Below, piece by piece: positions 40,072 to 52,043 of a stretch of DNA of 64,000 bases. The DNA comes from Candidatus Omnitrophota bacterium (lineage in GTDB: Bacteria; Omnitrophota; Gorgyraeia; Gygaellales; Profunditerraquicolaceae). A program made the translations under genes and the position numbers. Every line of letters starts with the position of its first letter. The first letter of the stretch is position 1. The notes beneath the pieces are model-generated. The model saw nothing but the letters and a program-made list of their open reading frames with translations, searched no databases and was not told the DNA's origin. The stretch is from the NCBI GenBank assembly GCA_028687205.1, contig JAQUAP010000001.1:6831-70830 (forward strand). The letters run 5' to 3'.

Positions 40072-41271
40072 TTACTGCTGACCGCATTAAGCTTATCTTT
40101 CGCTATACAGCATGCCCAAGCCGCGCTCACCCCCTTAGAGATATCCCAGCAGGAAGAGCAAAAGATCGAAGGCCCCGTAAAAGACATCTGGTTTAACCGG
40201 CTCAGCGACTACCGCCAGGATGTCGCTAAAAAATATGGCACAAACTTTGCCTTTCTTTTTAATTATACCCAGCAGGCGATAATCAAGGCGCCTAACGACG
40301 AAGGCAAAAGCCGCGGGGTCTGGTATTGGAACTTTGAGATAGCCCAGAAGCTCTGGCCAGGCGCAGAGTTGTTCGTAGAATTTGAGATGGATAGAGGTAA
40401 GGGGGTAGATAAGTTTTTGCCCACTTTTTCTTCCTTTAACGATAACTCCGGGGATGACGCCTGGTTTTATCTGCCGGTTTTATATTTAGAGCAGTATCTT
40501 CTCGACGATAAGCTCTTTTTCGCCGCCGGCAAGCTGGATCTAACTTACTGGTTTGACTGGAACGAGGCAGCGAGCTCTGCGGATACCCAATTCTTATCCA
40601 GTGCCCTGGTAAATAACCTGGCTATTCCCTTTCCGGCTAAAGGCCTGGGTGCCCTGGCCTGCATTACGCCCTTAGAATGGCTCTATTTTCAGTCCGGCGC
40701 AGCTACTGCTAAAGCCAGCTCTACCAAGGTCGGCCTAAGCGACGGATTTAACAGCACTTTTTTTATCAATGAGCTGGGTTTCACTCCTAAGTTCGGCTCC
40801 TTGCAAGGAAATTACCGTTTTATCTTTTACCTGAACCGCGAAAAGTCAGATTACCTTAATTCTGACGAAAGCAAAAAGATAGATTCCGGCTGGGCCTTAA
40901 GCTTTGACCAGCAAGTGGCTAAAAACATAATTTTATTTTTGCGCTACGGTTTTAGCGACCAAAAAGTCAGGGAGATTGAATATTTCTGGTCAGGAGGTAT
41001 GCAGATACTTGAGCCCATCCCTGGCCGTAAATTTGACTGCCTGGGAATAGGCGTAGCCCGCTCTATTTTTGGCAATGATTACCGCGAGGCAAACGAAGAA
41101 GAAGATTCTAGCGTCAGCCGCGCAGAGACAATTTATGAAGCCTATTACAGCTACCATTTAAATAACAGCCTAACCTTAACTCCGGATATCCAAATAGTCA
41201 TCCACCCCAATGCCGATAATTCGGCGAAGACAGAAATCGTCTGCGGTCTCAGATTCCTGCTCAGCTTCTAA
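40072..41271 (+). CDS. OprB-family (carbohydrate-selective) outer-membrane porin-like protein; 5' end and start codon unresolved
   Basis: Frame open upstream of the 40369 ATG back to about 40045 and encodes a signal peptide ...LLLTALSLSFAIQHAQA|ALTPLE; C-terminal ...VCGLRFLLSF with terminal Phe; no canonical start codon upstream of the signal peptide. Confidence 0.5.
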   Translation, partial: LLLTALSLSFAIQHAQAALTPLEISQQEEQKIEGPVKDIWFNRLSDYRQDVAKKYGTNFAFLFNYTQQAIIKAPNDEGKSRGVWYWNFEIAQKLWPGAELFVEFEMDRGKGVDKFLPTFSSFNDNSGDDAWFYLPVLYLEQYLLDDKLFFAAGKLDLTYWFDWNEAASSADTQFLSSALVNNLAIPFPAKGLGALACITPLEWLYFQSGAATAKASSTKVGLSDGFNSTFFINELGFTPKFGSLQGNYRFIFYLNREKSDYLNSDESKKIDSGWALSFDQQVAKNIILFLRYGFSDQKVREIEYFWSGGMQILEPIPGRKFDCLGIGVARSIFGNDYREANEEEDSSVSRAETIYEAYYSYHLNNSLTLTPDIQIVIHPNADNSAKTEIVCGLRFLLSF

Positions 41272-41359
41272 GTTAAATTTATTGTCCAAACTGAATTCTC
41301 GTCGCTGTTTTAATGTCCATTCTACCTCAAAATAATCTAAAAATGTCCATTCTTCTAAT

Positions 41360-41454
41360 AAAGGGGACGTTTCTATTTTTTTGTCGCCTGATTGCTAGAA
41401 AAAATAGAAACGTCCCCTTTATTTCCTTGGCCATTAGGCCAAAACCGTCCCCTG
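41360..41454 (+). repeat. Palindromic REP-like element F (two inverted arms plus a third partial arm AACCGTCCCCTG)
   Basis: Arms at 41360..41376 and 41404..41420; partial copy at 41443..41454. Confidence 0.7.
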
Positions 41455-41562
41455 GGTAGCTAATTTTGGGGCAAAATCAGCTGTTTTTCAGCCCGTTTTT
41501 TAGCTAAAAATTAGCCTCCTTTCGGGGACTGAAAGCGTTACCAAAATAAGCTAAATTTTCCC

Positions 41563-41590
41563 TTGACAGCGACGAGCTACGTGTTATACT
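41563..41590 (+). promoter_or_regulatory. Sigma70-like promoter (TTGACA-N16-TATACT) for the giant gene
   Basis: Consensus -35 with a 16-nt spacer; about 25 nt upstream of the riboswitch-like leader. Confidence 0.55.
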
Positions 41591-41615
41591 TTGGATGTAA
41601 TTGAGACAAGTAACG

Positions 41616-41745
41616 AAATGGCAAACCCGGAGAAATCCGGGGGCGCAAAGCCGCGGGTCCTAAAATAATTCAAGTAAATAGCTTCAAAGGATAGCCGGGC
41701 TGCCGAATTACCGACGGAAATTTGACAGTTCGGCTCTTTCTTTTT
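41616..41745 (+). ncRNA. Putative c-di-GMP-I (GEMM) riboswitch with terminator-like expression platform
   Basis: GGCAAACC at 41620..41627; hairpin CCCGGA-GAAA-TCCGGG (GNRA loop) at 41626..41641; GGCGCAAAGCC at 41642..41652; 3' UUACCGACGG at 41708..41717 (compare Vc2 UUACCGAUGG); hairpin GCCGAA/TTCGGC plus TCTTTCTTTTT at 41702..41745. Confidence 0.6.
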
Positions 41746-41879
41746 AGAAGCTTAGTAAAGCATTTTACAAACGCTTTATAAAATGAAGATAAAAGCGACT
41801 CAAGCAAAACTTGGAGTAGTGCTGGGGGTAAGGGGGGAATTATATTCAACCCTATTTGGATATAGTAATATAATAATAA

Positions 41880-44800
41880 AATGATAAAACCAAAAGCCCA
41901 CACAGAAGACAGGGTCGTCTCCAAAAAAGAATCCAAGGAAGGATTCAAATCCAGCTTTAAGACTTGGATCCGTGTGGTGGCTTTTATTGTGGCAGCGGTA
42001 TTCTTACCTGAGCAGGTTGCCCAGGCAGTCGAGTATGACTGGCGCGTGCTCTGGCATAAACCTGCTATCGGCCTTCCCTCAAATAACGCATTTTCCCCGG
42101 ATTACCTCAAAAACGTTCAAAATATCAATGTTCCGCAAGCTGTAAGAAGCATCCTCAAAGATATAGCCAATAAGCCCATAATTTCCATTAAAATCTCGGA
42201 TAATTTGACCATAGAGCTGGATAAGCCCTTAAAAATGTCCAATCAGAGGATAGATGAGCTATTCAACTGGTTGGTGGGCAAACCCTGCGGTTCCAAGGCG
42301 CTTTATGACTTATTAATGTACCAGGGACTGTCCCCGCAGGGGACTGTCCCTGATTCTTTAGAGCAGGATATCGCGGTTTTTGCCCTGACCGTAGATATCT
42401 TAAATGATGTGCTCAAGCCGGAAGGCAACCCTAAGGTGATCAAGAATTCCCTTTATGCCTTAGCCAAGGCCTCAGAGTTCTTCGGCCTGAAACTTTATCC
42501 GGTTAAGATAGATTCGTTGCAGGAAACTACTCCTGCGCCTTTCATTGCCCATTTAAACGGCGATCACTATGTTTTAATCACCAAGATCAGCGGTGATAAG
42601 ATCTATTTTCTGGATGAGCACAAAGAAGAGTTCCTGCCTTTAGAAAAATTCCTCCAGGATTTTTCCGGATACGCATTAGTACAGGGACTGTCCCCGAAGG
42701 GGACTGTCCCTTTGAATGACGCCGAAGCCAAAAAGATCCTGGGCGCGCGTTCCAATAAGAAAGGTTACGCGGATATCTCGTCTTTATTTGAAGAGCCCTC
42801 CAGCAGCGATTTGTTGTTGGGTGCGGGTATTACTATAGCTGCCTGTGCCGCAGCTTCTTATTTAGGCCCGGCAATGAGCGGCGGCACAGCTACCTGGAAC
42901 ACAGGTAGTGCGGTAGCCTCTTTTGGCCAGGGAATGTTCTATAGCCAGATTGGCCAGGCAGCGACCAATATAGGTGTGCGTAATCTCGGAATGAATGCCA
43001 CTACTGCCGGGATATTCGGCACTGCAACTATCGGCGCGCTTACAGGCGGGACTTCTGCGTATGCTCAAGGCGCAACGGGTTTTAGCGGTATAGGCCAGGG
43101 CGCTTTAAACGGAGCTCTTTTAGGCGCGGCCAAGGCCGGAGCCAGCGTCTTCGCCTATGATATGCTGAAAGATACTAGCTTCTTCAAAAACAATCCTTAC
43201 ATCGGCAGGCAGTTTGCTAATTTAGCCGGCAGCGCTATAGGTTATACCGCTTTTATGGGAACTATGGGCGCTTTATCAGGGACAGCTTTAGACACAGGTT
43301 ACAAAATGAAAGTTTATGCGGCAGATGGACAATCTTACAAGTGGGAGTCTCCGCAGACTTTATCTCAAGGTGTGGGAATGGCCTTGGACAGCATGAAAGG
43401 TTCCCTGGTTCAGCAGGGCGTAGGTTTAGCCGTGGAATATGCTGCTTCAGAAGGCTGGTTAGGCGGCACTTTACAGAAGCATCCCGGTTATAGCCGTTTA
43501 TTAGGCGAACCCCTTGGCGGTTTCGCTGGAGCAAATGCCGGTAGCCTGACTACATATCAGAGCGTTATGAACGGGCTCCTCTCTGGCGGTGTCTCAATCG
43601 GCCTTACTGCTTTAGGCGGTAATTATGATGAGATTACGGGTAAAAATAGCCTGGGTATGACAAGAATGCAGATGTCCACTTTAAATTGGGCAGGTACAGC
43701 ATTAGCCTATGCCGGCACAGGCGCTTTAATAGCCGATACCGATAAAGCCAGCATATTTAAGACTGCCTTTGTAAAACGCCTTGAAGGCCTTAGTACAAAT
43801 TATTTAACTTTTGGCGGAACTTCTCCTCTTTCTACTGGAGGCGGTCGTGGTTGGTCTGAAGTCCAGTATATAGAGAAAATCTCCCAGCTTGCCGGTATCT
43901 CTGATTTTAAGGCTAACGCCGATTACGCAATGAAAAAAGCCGGCTATACCGATTGGAATAAATTTGTAGAAGACGGCCGCTTAAGCTCACTCATGCCCTC
44001 TATTTCTTATTCTTTGGTTAACTATGCGCAGTCCAGCCTTCATTATGCCGCGGTAAATAATCTTGTTGATACCGTGGGTTATTCCAAAACAGCCGCGGAT
44101 TTATTCGGCATCCCGCACAGTAAGATTATCGAACAGGAATTTAACAACGAAAAACACGCTTGGCTGGCGCCCATACAGCCGAATAAAACTGGCCCAATAG
44201 TCGGCGAGAATTACTTTAGTGGCTTAAAAGGAAGCGATATAAGAATAAGGATGGAGGATGGAGAGACCGTATTGCTTTCTTTACGCGCGGGCTTAAGGGA
44301 CCCTTTGAATACCAAGGTGAAAGAAGGAGATAATGAGTTGCTCTTTAGTAAAGAGCAGATTAGCCTTGCCGGCATAAAAGATAAGCGTAAAGACGGAATG
44401 GGCGAGATTAAGATAGTTGGCGAACGTAGTGATTTTTTACAGGGCGCCCTTGAGGAAATTTCTGCTAACGCCGAAGGCGATTTAGCAATTTTTGCCAAAC
44501 AGGATATCTCCAAGACCGATTATTATAAGGGGTCATATACTTTCCAATACAGAAAAGATGAGCCGACAATTTTGGATGTCTATACTTCAGGCAAGGTTAC
44601 CCAGAAGGACTATTGGTTTAACGATGAAAAACAGGTGAATGTCGGCAGGATGTATGTTTATGCGGATAATCCGATTAAGGCGAAGGAGAATAAAGATTAC
44701 CTGGATTATGCCGCGTTTCTCTCGCGCGCTGACGGCAAATACCCCGTAGACGCCTTAGGTTATCGTAAGCTAAGCAATGGCCAGATAGAAGTTACCGCAG

Positions 44801-47800
44801 TGTCTCTCGGGGAGGGCAAAAATAAAGCCGCCTCTTCGCCGCTGCCAAAGACAATGGGAGATTTATTAAGTGGCCTGAATAAAACAGGAGAATCTCGGGT
44901 CGGCGCTAAAGTGCTATTTAAGAAAGATGATACCGGCGTAACAGTCGAAGGCAAGATTACCCGGATCCAGGAAAAAACCCTGCCTCCGCAAAATTCTACC
45001 TTGCCAGATTTCACTCCCCAGAAAGTAATCGAGGTAACGATTTATACCGGAAAAGAGTATGTTTCGGTCACCGCCGATCAAGGGCAAGACATACCTTTTA
45101 CCGTCATTAAAAAGGAAGAAACAGGAGTTACTTCCAAAAATCTGCCCTCAGCAGTTGAACTTTCTCTGAAAGGTTCCGGGGCAATTACCGGAGAGAAGGT
45201 TAATCTTGACGGCTTGAAGGAAATTAAAATCAGCTTAGCGCTTAATCCTAATACGCTTTTTGAATCCTCTACCCGCGGCATCCCGGGGATGGAAGCAGCT
45301 TGGTCCAGGCAGTTAAGTTTTATTGGCAAGGCAGAAGATGGCCAGCTGGTTGTTTCTACGCCTTCGATAGGAATACAGGCATATAAGCAACTGTCAGAGC
45401 AGATGCATCAAAAAGTCTTTGAAAAAGCCAAAGAAGACCTAAGCCCCAAAGACGCTATTAATAAGAATCTCGAGGTCAAATTAACCGCTGTAGATAAAGA
45501 AGGAGAGACAGTTAGCCTGGCAGTAAAAGGAGATTATGCCCTGAATTATTATCCCAATAATAATCAGGTTCAGGAAGAATGGAAACAGTACGGAGGCAGG
45601 CCTGAAGGGTTGACCCCGGATTTGCTTACTACTTACAGGATTCCTTCTGATATTGAAGACTTTTCCCTGCCAGTCGTATTCTTTAAGGTAAAAGAGCTTA
45701 GTTCCAAGACGGGAAAGATCCTAACAGAAGATATGGGCCTGGCGGATGCTCAAGCGATTGCGGCAAAAAATCCCGCCGAAGCCAGAAAGTTCTTGCGGAT
45801 TGAAACGATCCAGGGTTCCGTCATTGAGCCCGCGGCGCAAGAGCGCGTCGAGCTTTGGAAATCAATCGGCCCTACGCTTAAAGAAAGCGCAGGGGAAGTT
45901 ACTCGCGAAGGCGATACCTTAATCAACTTGGCCAATCTTTTTGCTTCTCAGTACGCTGTAATTAAGGCCAAGAATGATGGCGATATCCGCAGGCAGGATA
46001 CAATAATACAAAAAGATGAAAAAGGCAATGCACAGGTTACCTCAGTAGATTTAAGGTACGCAGGCCAGGAATTATTATTATGGAAAGACGGATTAATTGG
46101 CAGGTCTCAGGATACCGCAGATGAGGCAACGAATATTTTAGCTCCCAAGTTTAAAGAAGGAAGCCGTTTAGCCGTTGAATCTTTTGACCAGGCAGGGAAA
46201 TCGGTAGGAAATCCGCTTATAGCGTATACCAGCGATCTTAACGAGGCAAGCACTTTTATCCGTTCAGGCATCAAGTCAACCGATCTGAACAGAGAAAAAA
46301 TAGAGAATTTTCTTAAGAAGGAGAATAGTTTAATTACATTTAATGATGCGCAAGTAAACGAGGTTCTTGGTACATACGGGAAATCAGGGAGGATAGTAGA
46401 TGCCATAGTAGAAGTTGCTTCCAAGACCAAACCAGGGTTGGAAGAGAATGTTAAGAAAGGCGATATCCGTGCCCAAGTTATTCAGGAGCTAAAAAATCAG
46501 TTAGCTACGGAATACACTACCATTTTTGATTTTGAAAATGAAAGTACGCCTTATTGGGCAGTTACGCCTAAGGCCGCCACTAAAGGTACTCAGGATTCTG
46601 CAAAAGTAAAAGATTCAGCAAATCCGCCTGTTTCCGGCACCATTTTCATCACCCAGTCGGGCGGTAGCGTAAAGCGCCTATCAGACGCATTTAATGAGTA
46701 TTCCGGCCGCATCCAAATCAGCCAGACCGACTTACAGCCCCAGGTATTCTCACCCGGCGCGCATTGGGCTTTACCTGTTGATAAAGAAGGCACCGTTAAG
46801 GATGAAACTAAATTTATGTTTGACAAGGCCTCTTGGCTTTCCGCTAAAGGTACCCAGGGAGGCTTTACTATCGGCTTAGATAATCTGCCTTACGGATGGG
46901 CGGATAAGACCGTATCCCGTATAGAAAAACAGGATATCCGTTGGGGCGTAAATGCCAGTGCTTCTTTAGAGCAGTTTATGGCAAGTGTCTCCCGTAGTTT
47001 AGCTTCCAAGCTGAACAGTCTTGGGCAGGCTGGCGGAGTTGAAAAGTTAAGAGAAGCGATAGGGGAAGAATTAACATTTAAAGATCGCGACGGTAAAACT
47101 ATTGACATAAAGTTTAACGAGGGCGAGTTAGAAAAATGTTTTGATGGCACCAGGTTAAACAAAACAGCATTATCAGTGCTTCTCTTTGCGAAAGCCAATC
47201 AAGCCAAAGTTGATTTTAAGGAATTAAAGATAGAGGGCTTAGGGACAAGCGTAATAGAAAAAGATTTCTTATGGGGTGTCAATGGGCTAAAAGAAACCTA
47301 CGGAGAGTTTGGCAATACGGGTAAGCTTAGTAACGCCAAGATTAAACTCCACGCCATAGTCGTTGGTCAAGATGACAAAAAGACAGAAATAAAAAGCCCG
47401 GCGTTGCTGAAGGATATGGAGGTTTCTTTCCTTGATGAAAAAGGGCGCATATCTGCCTCTACCAAGAGCCCGGTTGTTTATTTCTCTACCCCCATTGGCG
47501 AAGGTGACTCCCCTGCAGACAGGAACGATTCTACTTTAATGCTCTCTCAATTAGCGGAGGGTGCGCATGGTTTTACTATATTTACTCCGGTTGCCGGAGA
47601 AAACGGCAAGGTTGAGGCCCTTGACTTGGGAATAAAAGCAATTTCGCCGCAGCAGTTATCCGGCACTATAGGCATCCTGGATTTGACTAAGGTGCATTTA
47701 GCCGGGCGTTATATAGTAGGTGAAGGCGGAGCGTATTTTAATGACAGCAATATCTTCGGCAAATGGAAGCCGGGAGCTAAGATAAATTACGTTAGGACCG

Positions 47801-50800
47801 AAAACGGCTGGCGTCCGGATTATGGCAAACAAGATATAGCCGGCCTGGTGAAGACAGTCTTGAATATGCCTGTTCTAGCTACTCAGAATAAGCAGGCAGT
47901 CGGCGACCAGGCTATCGGCGATAAAGAAAGCAGCCAGGTTTACTTTTTAGAACTTCTAAAAGAAGGCGCTGTCTTAGATTACAAGTATAACGAAAAGGCA
48001 GGCCAGGGCAGCTTCGTGCCCGCAAGCAAAGAATTTGATTCCAACTTTGCCGTTCTAACCCAAGCCTTCTATAAACATGACGGTGATTGGAAAGAAGCCG
48101 AGGTAATCACAAAGCCGAGATGGAACGAAAAACTGGGCTCTTTCGTGGTGAGTATCGATACAAAAGGCCAGGAGATAATTTTCTATAACCGCAATCCTCT
48201 GAACCAGCAATCTGACGAGAATGGAGCCAAGAAGAAGCAGGTTAATTTCGATAAAACACGCAAAAACGTAAACACTAAAGACTATCAGACAGAGGCAACC
48301 AGCGAGGAAAGGATTGAGCAGATAAGGGATAAGAACGACAAGCTTTTAGGCACGCTGGATGAAGGTTACGGGAAGATAGGTTTTAGCATGAACATGGCAG
48401 GAGACCTTTCTTCCATCGTTGGCCTTCCAGGCACACATCTTACCGTTAAGAATTCCGCCGAAGATCAGCTTATCCTGGAAGGAGAAAACAGTAAAGGCGG
48501 AAAGACCGAGCTGAAGTTATGGAACAATAAGGATTTTGATTATTACGTGGATGAGAAATACGGCGTATTTGCCAAGGATGCCAACTTTAGCGAAAAGGGC
48601 GTTATTAACAGCGATACCGTAAGCGGCAGGTTCAATCGATACGGCCAGAAGACCTATATGGTTAACGGCGAAGAGGCAATGGTAGTTATTGAGAATGGCA
48701 AAAATAAGTTAGTCTCCAAGAGGGTCTTTATAGAGAACAATATAGAAAAACCTTTGCGCGAATTGGAAGAATTAAACAAGACCAGGAAAGACCAATCCCT
48801 GGGAGGGCTTTTGGAAAAAACACGGGAATCCCTTGGAAAAGGAGACCTTGAAGGCGCGAGTAAATTTTTAAACAGGGCAGTAATTACCGAACAGCTCGGT
48901 ACATTATCCCCGGATAAGCAAAAGGAAATTTCCAAAAAATTCGGCCTTACTGTCAAGGGCGACAAGATAGAAGTATCTGATAAGACCGATTTTAACGGCC
49001 TGGGCAAGATGTTGGAGAGAATAAAGCTTACGGCTTTATTTGATATTCTTTCTACTGAGGCAGAGGCCAGTATTTCCAAGGATCCCGCCCTGAAGGCATA
49101 TTTTAATAACGGCCGCCTGGATAGAGAGAAATTTATTAATACAAAATCAGACGCCGCTACAAAGGCCTTGGTGTCTAAAGTACAGAAAACGCTTATCCAG
49201 GAGAACGGTTTGGATGCAGCATCGCAACTCGTAATAGTTAACGGCCGCTACTACTTAAGAGACAACAAGAACAAAGAGTTACTTGATCTTAAGACGAACA
49301 TGAAATATAAGATTAACGAAGATGGAACGGTAAGCGGCACGACAACTATCAACGGCGGTGATATCCGGATGAAGGACGGCAAACCGTGGATAGAAAATAT
49401 CAATGGTGCGAATATCGCCGTTACCACAAAAGGAATGTATCTATTGCTTGGTCCCGGAGAAAATCCGGTTCGCCTATATTTTGATCGTGATACGAATGTG
49501 TTCGGTGGCAAGCTTCGCCTGGTAATTAATGAACCGGATAAAGATGGCCTCATCTCCTATGGCCTGTCATTTGAATATAAAGGCGTTTCTTACAGGCCCA
49601 AGAATTTATATTTTTCCGACAAAGGTAAGGCGGTGGTCTTGGTCTTAGCTCCCGCAGCCAGGGAATTTACGTTTGAAGAGGCATCGGTAGGAATAATGAC
49701 TACAACCATGGTGCAAGATACAGAGGCACTGATATTGGATTTACGTGCAGGTTCGCCAAAGCCGCTTACTGCCTCATACACGGAGAATGTCAGTTTCGCT
49801 AATGGCATAACCCAGAGAAGGACGATCGATAATAAAGGCATAGAAAAAGTAATCTTGATGACTCCCGAAGGCAAATTCGAGCGTATGACGGCAATTGCTC
49901 AGGGGATATACAGCTACCGTTCTAACGAAACGGACAAGAAAGAACAATGGCGTTATTACAATAACAGCGGTGCAGAAGTCCCAGTAAAAGACATAAGCAA
50001 GGCGCTTGTGGATACTGCGCTTACTTCTGTCGGGCAGATGAAGGAAAATCAGCAGGCGCGGGTTGACCCGAGGAAGTTCCTGGATTCTCTAATAGATGGT
50101 ATAAATCGCGATATTGACTTTGCCGTCATTGATAGCAACACCGGCAAAGTCGAACAGTTGAAATTAGACGCTCTCTCCGAAAAGCCCGAGGCCCTGGCGC
50201 AGGCAGTCAATGAATTATGCCTTAGGCGCAGGTATGGCGTGGCGACCTTGGAGCAATTTTACAAGGAGTTGCAGCAAATAGTTTATAATCCTTCCTACGG
50301 GATATCCAACAGGTATATATTTTCTCGTATAGTTGATGATGCCTGGACATATAGGGAAATAGGCGGCTATGGTACTGGGACCGCTTTAACTATAGGCGGT
50401 ACTATAGGCGCATATATGACCGGCGGATTGTCATTAAAAGCAACTGCTTCTGGATTAGCCATCTTGGGAACTACTGCGGCATTAAGCTCCGCGGCATTCT
50501 ATTATGGCGCAACGGGGGAATTTATCGGAGCCAAGGCAATGGCAGAAGACGCGGCACTGGGCATGTTCCCCGGTTTAGGTGGTCTTGGCCGCACCCTAAA
50601 AACATTTAGACAAGTAGCAACTTTAAGTAAAGTTGTAGAGTTGGCAAGCGTAGGCAAATACGGGGCAATGCTCAACTCTGCCCTCTATAATACGAATAAT
50701 GCTATTTACGGGATTAACGGAGAAGTTGCTCCTCTTTCGCAAAAAGTAATTGCCGCCGGTTATTCTCTCGCGCCGGGGGTCTTAAATGCAGGCAGCCGGG

Positions 50801-52043
50801 CAGCCAGGTATTTTGCTTTAACCGATACTGCCGGTGTTGCCATTGGCACCGGACTATATTCGGCTGCTACTTTGGGAACTTCGGAAATTACCGCTCGCCT
50901 TTCAGGAACAAGCCTGGATTGGGGCGATCGGGCCTTTATTGCTGGCACGTCTTTAATTCCGGGAGCGGCAAGATTAGGGGCATTGAATACCTCCAGCAGC
51001 AATTTCTTGTTCGCTACCCTGCGTTCTCCGGCTACACAGTTCTGGGCCAACTATAACTTAGGCTTAGGTTATACCAATGCCATTGCTTTAAATCAGAATG
51101 TAGATCTTACCACTTTAGCCAAGACAGCCGGGTATAGTTTGCTCCTTACCTATTCTATGCTTGGCGGCGCCCAGGGCATATCAAAAGGATTAACTACATT
51201 AAGAAATGTTCCGGCGTTTTCACAAAATCTTAGCCCCGCCAAGTCTTTAATTTTTTCCACTGCTACCGGAGCGGGAGTCGGTATAGTAGCCAATAGAGCA
51301 GTAACCGGAGAATGGTTTGGTGACAGCTGGGGCTGGTATGCTGCAGGCGGCGCATTGGCCGGCGCAGGTGCATACGGAACAGGACGCGCACTCTCATCAG
51401 CATTAACCCCGGCATTAAAAGATTTTAAATTTGGATTTAATTCAGGCCTAAACGGCCAGTATACTTCTGGGCTCGGTGGTACTTCCGAGAGTATGGGAGT
51501 AAGGGCAGGTTTGGCCGTGAAAAAGGTCGGCGACTTCGCTGCAAGAGATTTGAGCACAAAGGCCGTCTTTGTCGCTTCCACTGCTACCGGTACGGGAGTC
51601 GGTATAGTAGCCAATAGAGCGGTAACTGGAGAATGGTTTGGAGACAACTGGGGTTGGTATGCTGCAGGTGGTGCATTGGCCGGCGCAGGGACATACGCAA
51701 GCGCTAAAGGCGCAAGCAGGCTCATGCAGACCGAGACCGGACAGAAGTGGCTAGCTGGTCTTGACCGTGCAAAATATCGTACACAAGAAACAATCAGATC
51801 AACCTCAAGCGCCCTAAATGACCTGGCTAAGCCGGCAGTGACAGGCTTTAAGACAGAAATGGCAGGTTACAAGAAGATCCTTTCGCAGAGCGTAAGCGCA
51901 ACAGGAGAAGTTATAGGCATTAACCAGCCGATGACCTTTCTTGCAGGTTCTACCGCAGGCGCAATAATTGATTATACGGCCGGCGATAAGCGCGCTAATC
52001 TTAAACCCGCTGCGGCAGGCGCCCTGGGCCGTATTTTAATTAA
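41880..52043 (+). CDS. Giant ORF, N-terminal segment (3,387 codons): signal-anchor, C39-like cysteine-peptidase signature, long Gly/Ala/Thr-rich regions; probably the first part of a single protein of more than 7,300 aa
   Basis: ATG at 41880 after an in-frame TAG at 41863; translated line by line with no stop until TAA at 52041..52043; not present in the ORF track. C39-like KPCGSKALYDLL...NGDHYVLITKISGDKIYFLD. Confidence 0.65.
51255..51689 (+). repeat. Two ~115-nt near-identical direct repeats (51255..51369 and 51575..51689) inside the giant ORF
   Basis: Encode FSTATGAGVGIVANRAVTGEWFGDSWGWYAAGGALAGAG and ASTATGTGVGIVANRAVTGEWFGDNWGWYAAGGALAGAG; about 90 percent nucleotide identity. Confidence 0.75.

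Noticed and set aside
41783-41830. Short upstream ORF (MKIKATQAKLGVVWG) in the giant-gene leader
   Set aside because: 15 codons, no RBS, lies after the riboswitch terminator. Likely fortuitous, though an attenuating leader peptide cannot be excluded.
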